This document shows positions 48,930-60,000 of a stretch of DNA of 60,000 nt, in pieces. The position numbers and the translations under genes are program-made. The notes below the pieces were generated by a model. The model was not told the DNA's origin, made no database searches, and saw only the letters and a list, made by a program, of their open reading frames with translations. The stretch's first letter is position 1, and each line of letters begins with the position of its first letter. The stretch is from Lytechinus pictus (lineage: Eukaryota): contig NC_087245.1 of assembly GCF_037042905.1 (NCBI RefSeq), positions 43,092,001 through 43,152,000 on the forward strand, given 5' to 3'.

Positions 48930-49980
48930 CAAATCGACTTGACGAGATTGTGGATCTTATCTTGTCTTTCCGTCCAGACGAAGTCGACTTGACGAGATCC
49001 TGGATCACGTCTTCTTGTCTTCCCGTCCTGACAAAGACGACTTGATGAGATTGAGGATCTTATCTTCTTGTCTTCTCATCCAGACAAAGTCGACTTGACG
49101 AGATTCTGTATCTTGTCTTCTCGTCTTCTCATCCAGACGAAGTCGACTTGACGAGATTGATGATCTTGTCTTCTCGTCTTCTCATCCTAAATAAGTCGAC
49201 ATGACGAGATAATGGATCTTGTCTTCTCATCTTCGCATCCTTAATAAGTCGACTTGACGAAATTGAGGATCTTGTCTTCTCGTCTTCTCATCCTAAATAA
49301 GTCGACATGACGAGATAATGGATCTTGTCTTCTCATCTTCGCATCCTTAATAAGTCGACTTGACGAGATTCTGTATCTTATCTTCTCGTCTTCTCATCCA
49401 GACGAAGTCGACTTGACGAGATTGATGATCTTGTCTTCTCATCTTCTCATCCAAAATAAGTCAACATGTCGAGATAATGGATCTTGTCATCTCGCCTTCT
49501 CATCCTAAATAAGTCGACATGTCGAGATAATGGATCTTGTCATCTCGCCTTCTCATCCTAAATAAGTCGACATGTCGAGATAATGGATCTTGTCATCTCG
49601 CCTTCTCATCCTAAATAAGTCGACTTGACGAGATTGATGATCTTGTCTTCTCATCTTCTCATCCAAAATAAGTCAACATGTCGAGATAATGGATCTTGTC
49701 ATCTCGCCTTCTCATCCTAAATAAGTCGACATGTCGAGATAATGGATCTTGTCATCTCGCCTTCTCATCCTAAATAAGTCGACTTGACGAGATTGATGAT
49801 CTTGTCTTCTCATCTTCTCATCCTAAATAAGTCGACATGTCGAGATAATGGATCTTGTCATCTCGCCTTCTCATCCTAAATAAGTCGACTTGACAAGATT
49901 GAGGATCTCGTATTCTTGTCTTCTTTCCTCGTCTTCTTGTCATCTTGACTCTTTTTCTCGTCTTCTCATCTTGTCTTCTG
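48930..49980 (-). repeat. Right subterminal array, ~19 copies of the 53-bp unit (inverted relative to the left array)
   Basis: Reverse complement of the 21900-22800 unit. Confidence 0.95.
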
Positions 49981-50142
49981 GGGGCACGTCTAAGCTTCCG
50001 TAGTTTTCGCTGCAAAAGTGCACGGTGGCGTCTTGAATGGCAAGAGCACTGACCCGTAGGTAAGAAAATGGACAATGTCACGCTCAGCGGTTTCGCCGTG
50101 GAATATAAAGGTAAAGACGCACACACCCTTTTGACAACACGC

Positions 50143-50699
50143 CTAAGTCGCCTTCTCGCTTTCTCGTCTTAGACAAGGCGCCTAGGCGAGTTTGTACAAG
50201 TCACCTTCTCGCCTTCTCGTATCAGACAAGGCGCCTAGGTTCGTTTTTATAAGTCGCCTTCTCGTCTTAGACAAGGCGCTTAGGTGAGTTTATACAAGTC
50301 GCCTTCTCGTCTTCTCGTCTTAGACAAGGCGCTTTGGCGAGTTTGTATAAGTCACCATCTTGTCTTCTCGTCTTAGACAAAGCGCCTAGGCGAGTTTGTA
50401 TAAGTCACCATCTCGCCTTCTCGTCTTAGACAAGGCGCCTTGGCGAGTTGTATAAGTCACCTTCTCGCCTTCTCGTATCAGACAAGGCGCCTAGGCGAGT
50501 TTGTATAAGTCACCATCTCGCCTTCTCGTCTTAGACAAGGCGCCTTGGCGAGTTTGTACAAGTCGCCTTCTCGTCATCTCGTCTTAAAAAGGGCGCCTTG
50601 GCGAGTTTGTACAAGTCGCCTTCTCGCCTTTTTTGCCGAAACAAGGCGACTTGGCGAGTTAAACAACTCGCCTTCGCGCTGCACGTTTAAGCTTCCGTA
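50143..50699. mobile_element. Right end of a second, related IS3EU-like element (left end not in window)
   Basis: About 10 units of a different ~53-bp repeat (AGACAAGGCGCCTAGGCGAGTTTGTA...) ending GCACGTTTAAGCTTCCGTA at 50699, one mismatch from the terminus at 50002. Confidence 0.85.
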
Positions 50700-51543
50700 T
50701 AAAACAGAATACACCTTTTGAACCACACGACGATCGATTACGTAATTTCCTTAAACACAAAAAAGTTTCTAAACTATGTTATTCTCATTTTATAAATAAT
50801 TATACTTTGGACGTGTCAGAGACAGATCAACGTTACAAATGGGAAAACGACCTTTCACTGCAATTATCAAATAATGAAATTTGGAATTCTCGTTTTACCC
50901 TGATATACAAATCGTCAATAGATAACAAACTAAGGAATTTCCAATTTAAATTTAGACACAGAAAAGTGTCGACAATTCGTTATTTATATAAAAAAAATTT
51001 GATCAAGACATATGTGATTTTTGTAATGAACAAAATCAAACATTGATGCATCTGTTTTTTGAATGCCAATTTGTTTCTAACTTTTGGAACGATTTGTGTA
51101 CTTGGTTGACTTTAAAAAATATCCGTTCTTATAAGTTATCTAATTTAGAAATTTGTTTTGGAACATTGGAAAGAGAACATTTTTATTTGGTAAATACCAT
51201 AATACTATGCAGCAAATATTTCATTTTTTCCTGCAAATATAGTAAAACAATTCCTCTTTTTAAATAATTTCTATGTACTCTAACACAGTTAGAAAACACA
51301 GAACGCTACATTTCTTTTAAACATAATCGTTCGGAGTTTCACAGAAAAAAGTGGAATATAATTACTATGAAAGAGTAAAGGGCAAAGATCTATTTTGTTG
51401 TTGTTTTGAATTAGATCTGTTGTATATTACTTTAACCTAGCATGGTGTCTATCTATATGAATGTAAAAGAATCATGTATCTATTTCTGAGATATTTTTGT
51501 TAAAATGTGAATTGCAAATAAAACTCATTAAAAAAAAAAAAAA
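50700..51543 (+). mobile_element. L1/Tx1-type LINE 3' end (frameshifted ORF2 C-terminus)
   Basis: KLRNFQFKF, CDFC...TLMHLFFEC...FW zinc-knuckle motif, then AATAAA and a poly(A) run at ~51530-51543. Confidence 0.85.
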
Positions 51544-52023
51544 TGTGCTAATTTGCAAAAGCCACATTGCAGTTTAATAATACGTGTGTATGAAATTTAT
51601 CTGTTGATAGGTATGGAGTGCCTACATGTATGAGACACCTTACATGATTTTCCATCTTTTCCCCCCTTGTGTGCACCAAACTACCTTAAACATATGAAGT
51701 CTACATTTTTTATTTACCTGTAATTAAGATTTCTCTTGACTTCCAAATATTGAATTTGAATATATGGAAATATGCGGTATTTAAAAAAGATTGTTGAAGT
51801 ATAGGTGACAAACCACTCCACCTTATTTACACTTGTTCCTCATCCAGTTTGTACACAAAACTGCATTCACATTATACAAATTTGCTGATGAAAATAATAC
51901 ATATTCCGCTTGACTTCCATACATCCAATATGTTAGCTTAACAGATGTACATTATCTTCTGCTATTCACCACATTTGCTGCTGTCCATGATATCACTTTT
52001 CTTCAACCCTAACAGCTTCAATA

Positions 52024-52925
52024 ATGAGCTCTAGTTCTGAAAGTGATGACACCATTGATCTTGGAGTTTTAGAGGAATATGTGGCTCAAACCTTGCCATC
52101 TGTTTCGGCCAAAACGAAATCGGACATCGTGATAACATTGCTGAAGATAGGAGTAGGTACACCTGCTGACCTTCAGTACGTCAATGAAAAGGACTTCAAC
52201 TTGGAAAAGCTGAAGCTCGTTCAAGTGAGGAAGTTGATGAAGGAATGGAACAAAGGTACCTTCAAAATGTTTTTACTAGATGTAATTGGTTTGTACCAAT
52301 GCATACTTTTTGCCAAGTCTGGGCATGCAATGGAAAAGAATGCCAAAGCATGTCTTATTTACAACTTTTTCTTCTTGTTGACACAAGTACAGTACAGAAA
52401 GAAATAACTTGTGAAACCAGACTCTATAAAATTGCTTTCTTATAAAAATAACAAAACATTTAAAAAAAAAACAGCTATGGACAATATAACTTGATGATGA
52501 ATTTTCTGAATACACTGTTCATAACATTTTAGGGATGAAAAAAGGGATGCAGAAATGTACTGATTATGTTGCAGGCAGAGGCATATTTTCGATTGCGCGA
52601 AGTCGATTTTTTTTTCTCGTTTTTTCGTGATTTTCTTTTCTTGGAATAGATCTGTGACATACATATTATTTCTCTTCTCTTTTGATTAATGCAGGAAAGA
52701 GCACACCTAACTCCAGTGGTAAAAGATGATCATAACTCTTCCACTTCGTCATTAGATATCCCAGGGTGCAGCTCAAAAATCTCATCAGAAGAATCTAATG
52801 CCGAAGGAAAATCTCCAAGTGAGGCACGCTGCATCCCATGGCATAAGATGCCAGAAGAGCTAATGGCATCTCTCAAGCACGGTCGTCGACCATCACCCAG
52901 TCTTAGAAAAGAAATGGTGCGCATA
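52024..52925 (+). pseudogene. 5' part of a CACTA-associated accessory gene (SAM-like N-terminus), cut by the element starting at 52926
   Basis: Exon 52024-52255 (IGVGTPADLQYVNEKDF...LVQVRKL...W) and exon ~52695/52702-52925 (IPWHKMP...GRRPSPSLRKEMVRI); coding-like sequence stops abruptly at CACACAG. Confidence 0.65.
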
Positions 52926-52934
52926 CACACAGAG

Positions 52935-53950
52935 AAATGTTTACTTAATATTTCATTATGTAAACTTTCTTTTGTAAAATTTTTGCTTAATATATGTAAA
53001 AATCGTTGCAAATTAATTTCATTAGGTAATATTTAACAAATATTTGTAAAAATTACATTTCACATGTCTTGTAAAATGTAAAATTTTAAAGTTTACTTAA
53101 TATTTCATTACGTAAACTTCCTTTTGTAAATGTTTTGCTTAATAAATATGTAACAAGTGTAACAATGTAATTTCATTAGGTAATATTTAAGAAATACTTG
53201 TAAAAATTACATTTCACATGTCTTGTAAAATGTAAAATTTTAAAGTTTACTTAATATTTCATTATGTAAACTTCCTTTTGTAAATGTTTTGCTTAATAAA
53301 TATGTAACAAGTGTCACAATGTAATTTCATTAGGTAATATCTAAGAAATACTTGTAAAATTTACATTTCACATGTCTTGTAAATTGTAAAATTTTAAAGT
53401 TTACTTAATATTTCATTATGTAAACTTCCTTTTGTAAATGTTTTGCTTAATAAATATGTAACAAGTGTAACAATGTAATTTCATTAGGTAATATTTAAGA
53501 AATACTTGTAAAAATTACATTTCACATGTCTTGTAAATTGTAAAATTTTAAAGTTTACTTAATATATCATTATGTAAACTTCCTTTTGTAAATGCTTTGC
53601 TTAATAAATATGTAACAAGTGTCACAATGTAATTTCATCAGGTAATATCTAAGAAATATTTGTAAAAATTACATTTCACATGTCTTGTAAAATGTAAAAT
53701 TTAAATGTTTACTTCATATTTCATTATGCAAACTTCCCTTTGTGAATGTTTTGCTGAATAAATATGTAACAAGTGTTACAATGCAATTTCATTAAGTAAT
53801 ATCTAAGAAATATTTGTAAAAATTACATTTCACATGTCTTGTAAAATGTAGAATTTTAAATTTTACTCAATATTTCATTATGTAAACTTCCTTTTGTAAA
53901 TGTTTTGCTTAGTAAATATGTAACAATTGTTGCAATGCAATTTCATTATC
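52935..53950 (+). repeat. Tandem array of ~6.5 x 154-bp AT-rich units (left subterminal repeats)
   Basis: GTTTACTTAATATTTCATTA at 52939, 53091, 53245, 53399 and onward. Confidence 0.92.
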
Positions 53951-53972
53951 TAATAACGGTAAGAATTACATT

Positions 53973-54254
53973 CTGAAACAGAGGGTTGTGGGTTCGAATC
54001 CCAGCCATGGCGTAATTTCCTTCGGCAAGAAATTTATCCACATTGTGCTGCACTCAACCCAGGTGAGGTGAATGGGTACCTGGCAGGAATTTATTCCTTG
54101 AAATGCGTGTGCGCTGTAATCTTAGTAATTACGGCTGCCAAGCTACAGCTGGGGTAATAATATCCAAGTCCTTTGGAAGCGCATAGAGACATTATTCATA
54201 ATCGTGATATGCGCTATACAAGAACTGTTTATTATTATTATTATTATTATTATT
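53973..54254 (+). mobile_element. 5'-truncated tRNA-derived SINE
   Basis: Pol III B-box GGTTCGAATCCC at 53991, CORE-like TCCTTCGGCAAG segment and a (TTA)n tail. Confidence 0.85.
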
Positions 54255-55119
54255 CTTCATTTCTTGCCAAATGTAAAATTCTAATATTTACTGAATATTT
54301 CATTATTTAAACTTCATTTTGTAAGGTTTTTGCTTAATATATATTTTAAAAGTGTGGCACATATATTACTTAATTATGTAGGCCTAATATCAATAAATAA
54401 TAATAATAACATTTTATTTTAGGGGCAGCCAGTGTAGCCACTTCAGTAAACTATTAGTGAGCCATAACATAGACTGGCAGAAGGTCCCATTTTTGTAATA
54501 ATATTTCTCCATGTAAACTTCTTTTTGTATTTTTTGCTATTATGTAAAAAAATATGTAGGGCCTAATTCTTCTGTAAGGATTACATATTTGCATTCTTTA
54601 ATCTAAATTTCGTTAAGCACAACGAACTTCACTTGTCAAATCATCAAATTGCAAAATGTTGTAATTCCATGTGTAAATCACTTGACATTTTAGGCTATAG
54701 GCCTGCACTCACAGAAATATTGCCAATGTTAAGTAAAAAAATAGCATGTAAGAATAAATTATACACAATCTATGTAAGATCTGGTAAAAAATGTCTACTT
54801 TGCCAGTTTGTAAGCATTTAAAATACATATGTGAATTGTAAAAAGGGTATTTAACCTCGTTTGGGTAAATATTACATAGTAATGGAGTCCAAAATACATG
54901 ATGATTGGGAAAAGTTTTTCCACATCCGTGTTATGCGAAATGGCGATTGTGAACTTAGATTTTTTACATATCGTGTTTTGTTTTATTGATATGCGAAATA
55001 CACGGCGATTGTGTATTTAGTTTTTCTACATAATTGTGTTTTGTTTTATTGACACGTGCGCGCAGTGTAAAATTCAGAAGTTCTTAATTTTGAAGTACAA
55101 AATACCGTACTCTGGCAAC

Positions 55120-56087
55120 ATGGCGTACGTCGAAACGGTGCTGCGAGGATGGGGGCTTGGGGATTATGTGGACAAATTTGAAGGTAAGAATAGAAACTTC
55201 TTTTTTATTTCATGAACAAATGATTGATGCTAGTTATAGCTCTTGTAGAGGTAAATTATATGCATGTACGTGAATGTGGTGACTTAAAATTTAATGACTT
55301 TAGCCACAGATCAGTGTAGTGTTCTGTCGTGTTCGGTCGTTGCGTCGCGTTGATGACCAACCGCGAACCTTCGCCCCGCTTGCTTTATTTGCAGCGCGGT
55401 TGTAAATTAGTGGTCGCTCTTAATTTGCATCACCCGAACACCAAAGTTTTATATGAGTCCAGGCATTGCAATAAAGATAAATCTGCAGATCTGAGGACAA
55501 GATTCATTTTCTTTAGATAATCAATGATGAACAGATAAATTTCACATATCAAAGAAAGTGAATAGGACGCGGACGTAGGCCTATACAGCGTCACTCGCAT
55601 CGCTCCCCGGGCTATTACTAAACACTCGGGTCGCGTCCCCGCGCCGCGGCCCGTCGCGTCTCGCTGAGCCAATTTTTTTGCAATGGTGTCTTCAAATCGG
55701 CAAACACCATGGGGAAAATAAATTTTTAAGTTATCGGCTGTTTTTAACCAGTTTCAGTGGTGTTCTCAAAGGGGGTGCGAGAGAAAATTTACTTTAAAAT
55801 TTAATTTACTTAAAAGAAAAATATTAAATGAAAGGAAAATAAGTCAAGAATTGTAAATATTTTTTGTAAAGACTGACAAAATTATTAGAATGAAGTGAAT
55901 AACACTCAATAGAATAGATAATATATTTTTTTTAAAGATGATTCTTGGGGAACAAGGAACACAAAAGGAAAAAACAGCAAAAGTGAGAAATAGAGAAACA
56001 GAGAATATTTTGGGCCGAATGGAAAGCTGTGGTAGAATGTATCAGTATTGGAAAAGATATGGAAGATAATTGCAGAAAACAAACAAA

Positions 56088-56124
<37 letters not shown>

Positions 56125-59100
56125 GTAGAATAATAGCGGAATGAAGGGAGAAAAAATATTAAAGCTGTATAGAAGAACAAAATGAAAATTATATGGCAAA
56201 AGAACAAGATGGATCAATCCCCGCCCCCCCCCCTCAAAAAAAAGTGAGGGAATGAAAGGACCAAAATTGAGAATGATTTTAAAGAACAACAACAGAGACT
56301 AACAAAACAGCACGATGAATCTTTAGCATCAATTCAAGGAATGGATGTTACAATTGAAAAAAAACACAAAGATGATTGAAGAGGAGAAAAAATGTGGGGG
56401 ATATGAGGGCAGGATTAAATAAAGAATGAAAGGTACACACACCCATTTCAGATTCTTTGATTAAGAACGAAAGCAATAGAATGAAATAAAGAGAGCCATG
56501 CGCACCTTAGTCAAATTACTTCAGTGGATAAACAAAAACTTACCTTACAGGGTGTATCGAAAAAAGCAAACCCAACTTTGATCAATAATAATTTCAAAAA
56601 TATAACTGTGGCAATAGTGGGGTTTATATCAACAGATAGATCAACTCATTACCTTTCTTATGATAGCACTCTTAGCTCGTCATGCTCATGCATCACTGAA
56701 CACCATTGTTCTGAAAAAGTGTTACAAAATTTCAAGGGGTTCACTCTCACGCATCTTTCATTTTCAAAATTAAACTTTTTTATGATGAAGACAAAATGAT
56801 GAAACATATCAACAGTTATTCATTTTCAAACTTTGTTCATTTTTCTTCACTTCTTGATCATTTCTTTTTTAAAATGTCTGTAACAAATAAGAATAAGTCT
56901 CTGAACTCTTCAAGCTAATGCTGTAAAAATGAGAAAGAAAGGGTGAGTGTGATGAAACCAGATTTTTTGCTTAAGGTCTTAAGGGGGGGGGGGAGTGTCA
57001 AATTGACACACCCACCCCCCCCCCTAAATCTCAAGCACTGAAAATGCCCAGTTAGAATAGGGTTAAATAGAAGTGTCTTTGAAATAAATCTGGGGAAAGA
57101 GACTGATTTTTTGATATGTTAACAATTAATGAGATGTTTTTTAACGATTTTGTTACTGTTTTTTTTATTTCTTTATATTCAGAGCAAAAGAACAATCTAG
57201 CCTTTGGCTTGTTACCAGTACTATTTCCAGGTAGAAGAAAGGGGAAAGGGGGCAGATATTCAACCCGGGAAGCACAACTAGGATTCATAGATGTCCAAAA
57301 TGTAAGTTGGGTCAGCTTGCTTTTTTTTTAATTGTAATGCTGTTTGGTCCTGTTAGTTTGCATGTTATAAAGTGTGTATCTTATAGTGGAGATTCTAGAT
57401 ACAACAGAGGCTCAATTCTGTTGCAGCTTAGGAGAAATCTCTAATTTTGCGAGAGACATTTGTATTGTATGTATGATTCTGATCTGGTTACCCACACTGT
57501 TTAATGCAAATTCCATGAAAATAAATTTTGATTCTCATAACCACTCTCACAATAATTGATTTTGTGATTCTCGTAAATAACCATTTCCATCTTAATTTAA
57601 TTTCTATTGAAAAATAGTATATATATTTAAAACCTACAATGTGTTGCCCAAATCGTCTAAGTGTTTTTTTTTCACTATATATGTATAATTAATTTTGTTT
57701 GCAACGGATACAAATATTTATGTTTTATATATGGTATACAATTTGTTTTTGTTTGATGGAAGTGAAATAAATGAATTTGAATTTGAATTTGAATTTGAAT
57801 TGAACATTTCTTTATGTGCAATTACCCGGTAAAAACACTTAGACAGTGTGCAGCTTTCCCCCTCCCCCCCAAACTTAGACAGAATCAGGAACATGAATCA
57901 CGAACCCATAAAAATGGCTTGTGTTCAATCAAAAAAGTCCCAACTTCCTGATTTGTTCTAGACATGAATAATAAATTTATAAATCGACATAGTTCATTCT
58001 TCACATCGAGCAAATGTCATTTCTTTCAGCGAAGAGGACTACGTGTAGTGCAAGTTCCTGATCAAGAATGGATAAAATATGCTTGAACTTGAACATGTTT
58101 TGTTTCGGGAAAATAGCCACCTCATGTCATGTGACCAGCCAATGGTCAGGGTCAGTAACTCTTGGTCAACGGTGTGTGCCATGAATTTTGATTCAGATTT
58201 TTATTTTTTTTCATTTGAAGATCTGTACTTAAGGTAATCCTGGCTTGAATTATCTATCAAAATTATATTTCCTGCCAATCCAGTTCTGAACCTCTTTTGC
58301 ATGAATATTTTTTCTCTTTTTCTCTCATTCTTCTGTTCAGGAAAACCTTGCACTAGACAAGTTCCTGGAAGATATTGTACCTGAAAGTCGACCTCAACCG
58401 TTCATACTAGTCATTGGGTCTCTCCTTAAACCAGTGCAAATTTTCATCATTGTGGAAAGGCGGGCATTGGAACAAAGTAGCTTAAAGGAGAATGAAACTC
58501 TTGGAGCAAGTTAGCTTTTGTGAAAGCAGAAAAATCAAAAAATAAGATCAACAAAAGTTTGAGTAAAATAGGACTAGCAATAAAAGAGTTATGAGCATTT
58601 GAATGTCGAGATCACTAATGCTATGGAGATCCTCCCATTGGCAATGCGACCAAGATCTGTGATGTCACACACGTACAACTCTCCCATTTGGACACTGAAA
58701 ATATACCCCAAAACATTTCTTTTTGCTCATTCTAATCATATGACAAACGATTCATCAATGATATAATGTTGTGAAACCTCTGTACCTGTCATCTCATAAA
58801 GAGAACACCTCACCTTGTGATAGACTCTATAAAAGTGAGAATATAAGTGAAATAAGTACTAAAGTAATGAGGGAGTTGTACGTGTGTGATATCACAGATC
58901 TTGGTCGCATTGCCGATGGGAGGATCTACATGGCACTAGTGATCTCAATATTCAAATGCTCATAACTTTCTTATTATTCATTCAATCTTCCTCAAACTTT
59001 CAACAATGTGTTCCTTTGATTTTTCTCTTTGATATGGATTCAGCTGGTTTCAAGGGTTTCATTCTCCTTTAATGAAAGCCGTAGATACATGCTATAAAGC

Positions 59101-59263
59101 AGTGTATGTCCTGGATCTAGAATACCAGCCTCAGTGTTGTGGTGCGTGGGAGTTCCTACAAACATACATTTATGAGATGAAAGGAGCTGTAAAATGCAGT
59201 GCGATCAGGGAGTTCAGAATCTTCGAGACAGCCTATGAGTCAATAATGAATACCAACATCTAA
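55120..59263 (+). pseudogene. Shortened SAM/SAMD3-like gene: join(55120-55183, 57183-57301, 58341-58485+59073-59263), last exon interrupted by a MITE
   Basis: MAYVETVLRGWGLGDYVDKFE (SAM-like start); later exons LLPVLFP...FIDV and QPFILVIG...AVDTCYKAVYVLDLEYQPQCCGAWEFLQ, the last homologous to 13424-13750. Phases match. Confidence 0.8.
58486..59068. mobile_element. Kolobok-type foldback MITE in an exon
   Basis: TTAA|AGGAGAATGAAAC ... GTTTCATTCTCCT|TTAA. Confidence 0.9.
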
Positions 59264-59789
59264 CTGTCCTCATGTGAGCTAGCAAGTTTATTGCCTTTCC
59301 AGATACTTTTGCTTAAGAGAAGTTCCTGTGTTGATTAATGTTTTGTTAAACTTTCTCTTTTTTTTGGAGGGGGGGGGCGGTTAATTGACAAAGTGAATGT
59401 CAAACTGTAGACTGTTTAGTCGACTCGTTATCTGATATCTGAAGCCAGTTTGCAGCCCGCATTCAATAACTATACTTTGTTTCGCTTCAACTTCATTAGT
59501 GATGACACTGTTTTGTAGTGTACGCAATGCTTTACGCACCTGCAAAGTTTCACAGTGATCCTGGGCCGAGATCTCGGGGGGGGGGGGCACTTGATGCCCC
59601 CCCAAAAAATAACGTAGTCTTTTTAGGGTTAAGTCAGAAAGTTGTTTGTTGTATGAAGTAAGGTCTTAATTATTATATTTTGTTAAGTTGTTTTCTTCAA
59701 CTGCTTTTGTTTTTTAATTGACAAAGTAAATGTCAAACTGTAGACTGTTCAAACCTGACTTAGTAAATGTCAACTTGTAGACTGTTTAA

Positions 59790-59952
59790 CCCTTTTCCTT
59801 TGGGGGCAGCGGGGGGTCAATTTGGCCCCCCTCCCTCAACAATCTGCGTGATAACTCCACAATGCGCATGGGGAGGGGTGGCACTTGATGCCCCCCCCCC
59901 CCCCAAAAAAAAAAGTTTTCACAGGGCCCAAAATAACCTAGTCTTTTTAGGG
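59790..59952. mobile_element. piggyBac-like mini element within a local duplication (59380-60000)
   Basis: TTAA|CCCT ... AGGG|TTAA; its right end and flank also occur at ~59575-59675. Confidence 0.55.
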
Positions 59953-60000
59953 TTAAGTCAGAAAGTTTTTAGTTGTATGAAGTATGGTCTTAATTATAAG

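Larger units (their letters stand above)
21880..50002. mobile_element. Complete 28.1-kb IS3EU-like DNA transposon with two convergent genes
   Basis: TIR TACGGAAGCTTAGACGTGCCCCCAGAAGACAAG at 21880, mirrored and ending at 50002. 6-bp TSD GTTTTC (21874-21879, 50003-50008). Integrase-type DDE ORF inside. TAY..RTA termini with a 6-bp TSD fit the IS3EU description. Confidence 0.92.
52926..60000 (+). mobile_element. Second CACTA/EnSpm-type element, internally deleted; right end outside window
   Basis: Starts TA|CACACAGAGAAATG, followed by a subterminal tandem array and a SAM/SAMD3-like gene; no transposase seen. Confidence 0.7.

Noticed and set aside
53973..54010. tRNA gene
   Set aside because: Only the B-box/T-arm portion is present, followed by a SINE body and (TTA)n tail.

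Overview
AT-rich, intron-containing animal DNA, probably an echinoderm (inferred from repeat types only). It is almost entirely nested transposable elements, with no recognisable host gene. (1) 1-17353: the right part of a CACTA/EnSpm-type element, with an intronless transposase (capped by a Harbinger-like insertion) and a spliced SAMD3-like accessory gene. (2) 21880-50002: a complete 28.1-kb IS3EU-like DNA transposon (TACGG...CCGTA termini, 6-bp TSD GTTTTC, long arrays of 53-bp subterminal repeats) carrying two convergent genes. One is an integrase-type DDE transposase whose reconstructed N-terminus looks like a cleavable signal peptide. The other is an 8-exon, ~439-aa gene ending in a C3HC4 RING finger; the ORF track shows only fragments of it and misses the RING exon, and it is disrupted here by a solo LTR. 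This element sits just inside the right end of a related element with a different 53-bp array. (3) 50700-60000: an L1/Tx1 3' end, a broken CACTA-type accessory gene, and a second, internally deleted CACTA element with a shortened SAM/SAMD3-like gene. Many MITEs (hAT, Kolobok, Tc1, piggyBac, Helentron-like), two solo LTRs and a SINE are layered on top. All gene models were spliced by eye; no searches were run.
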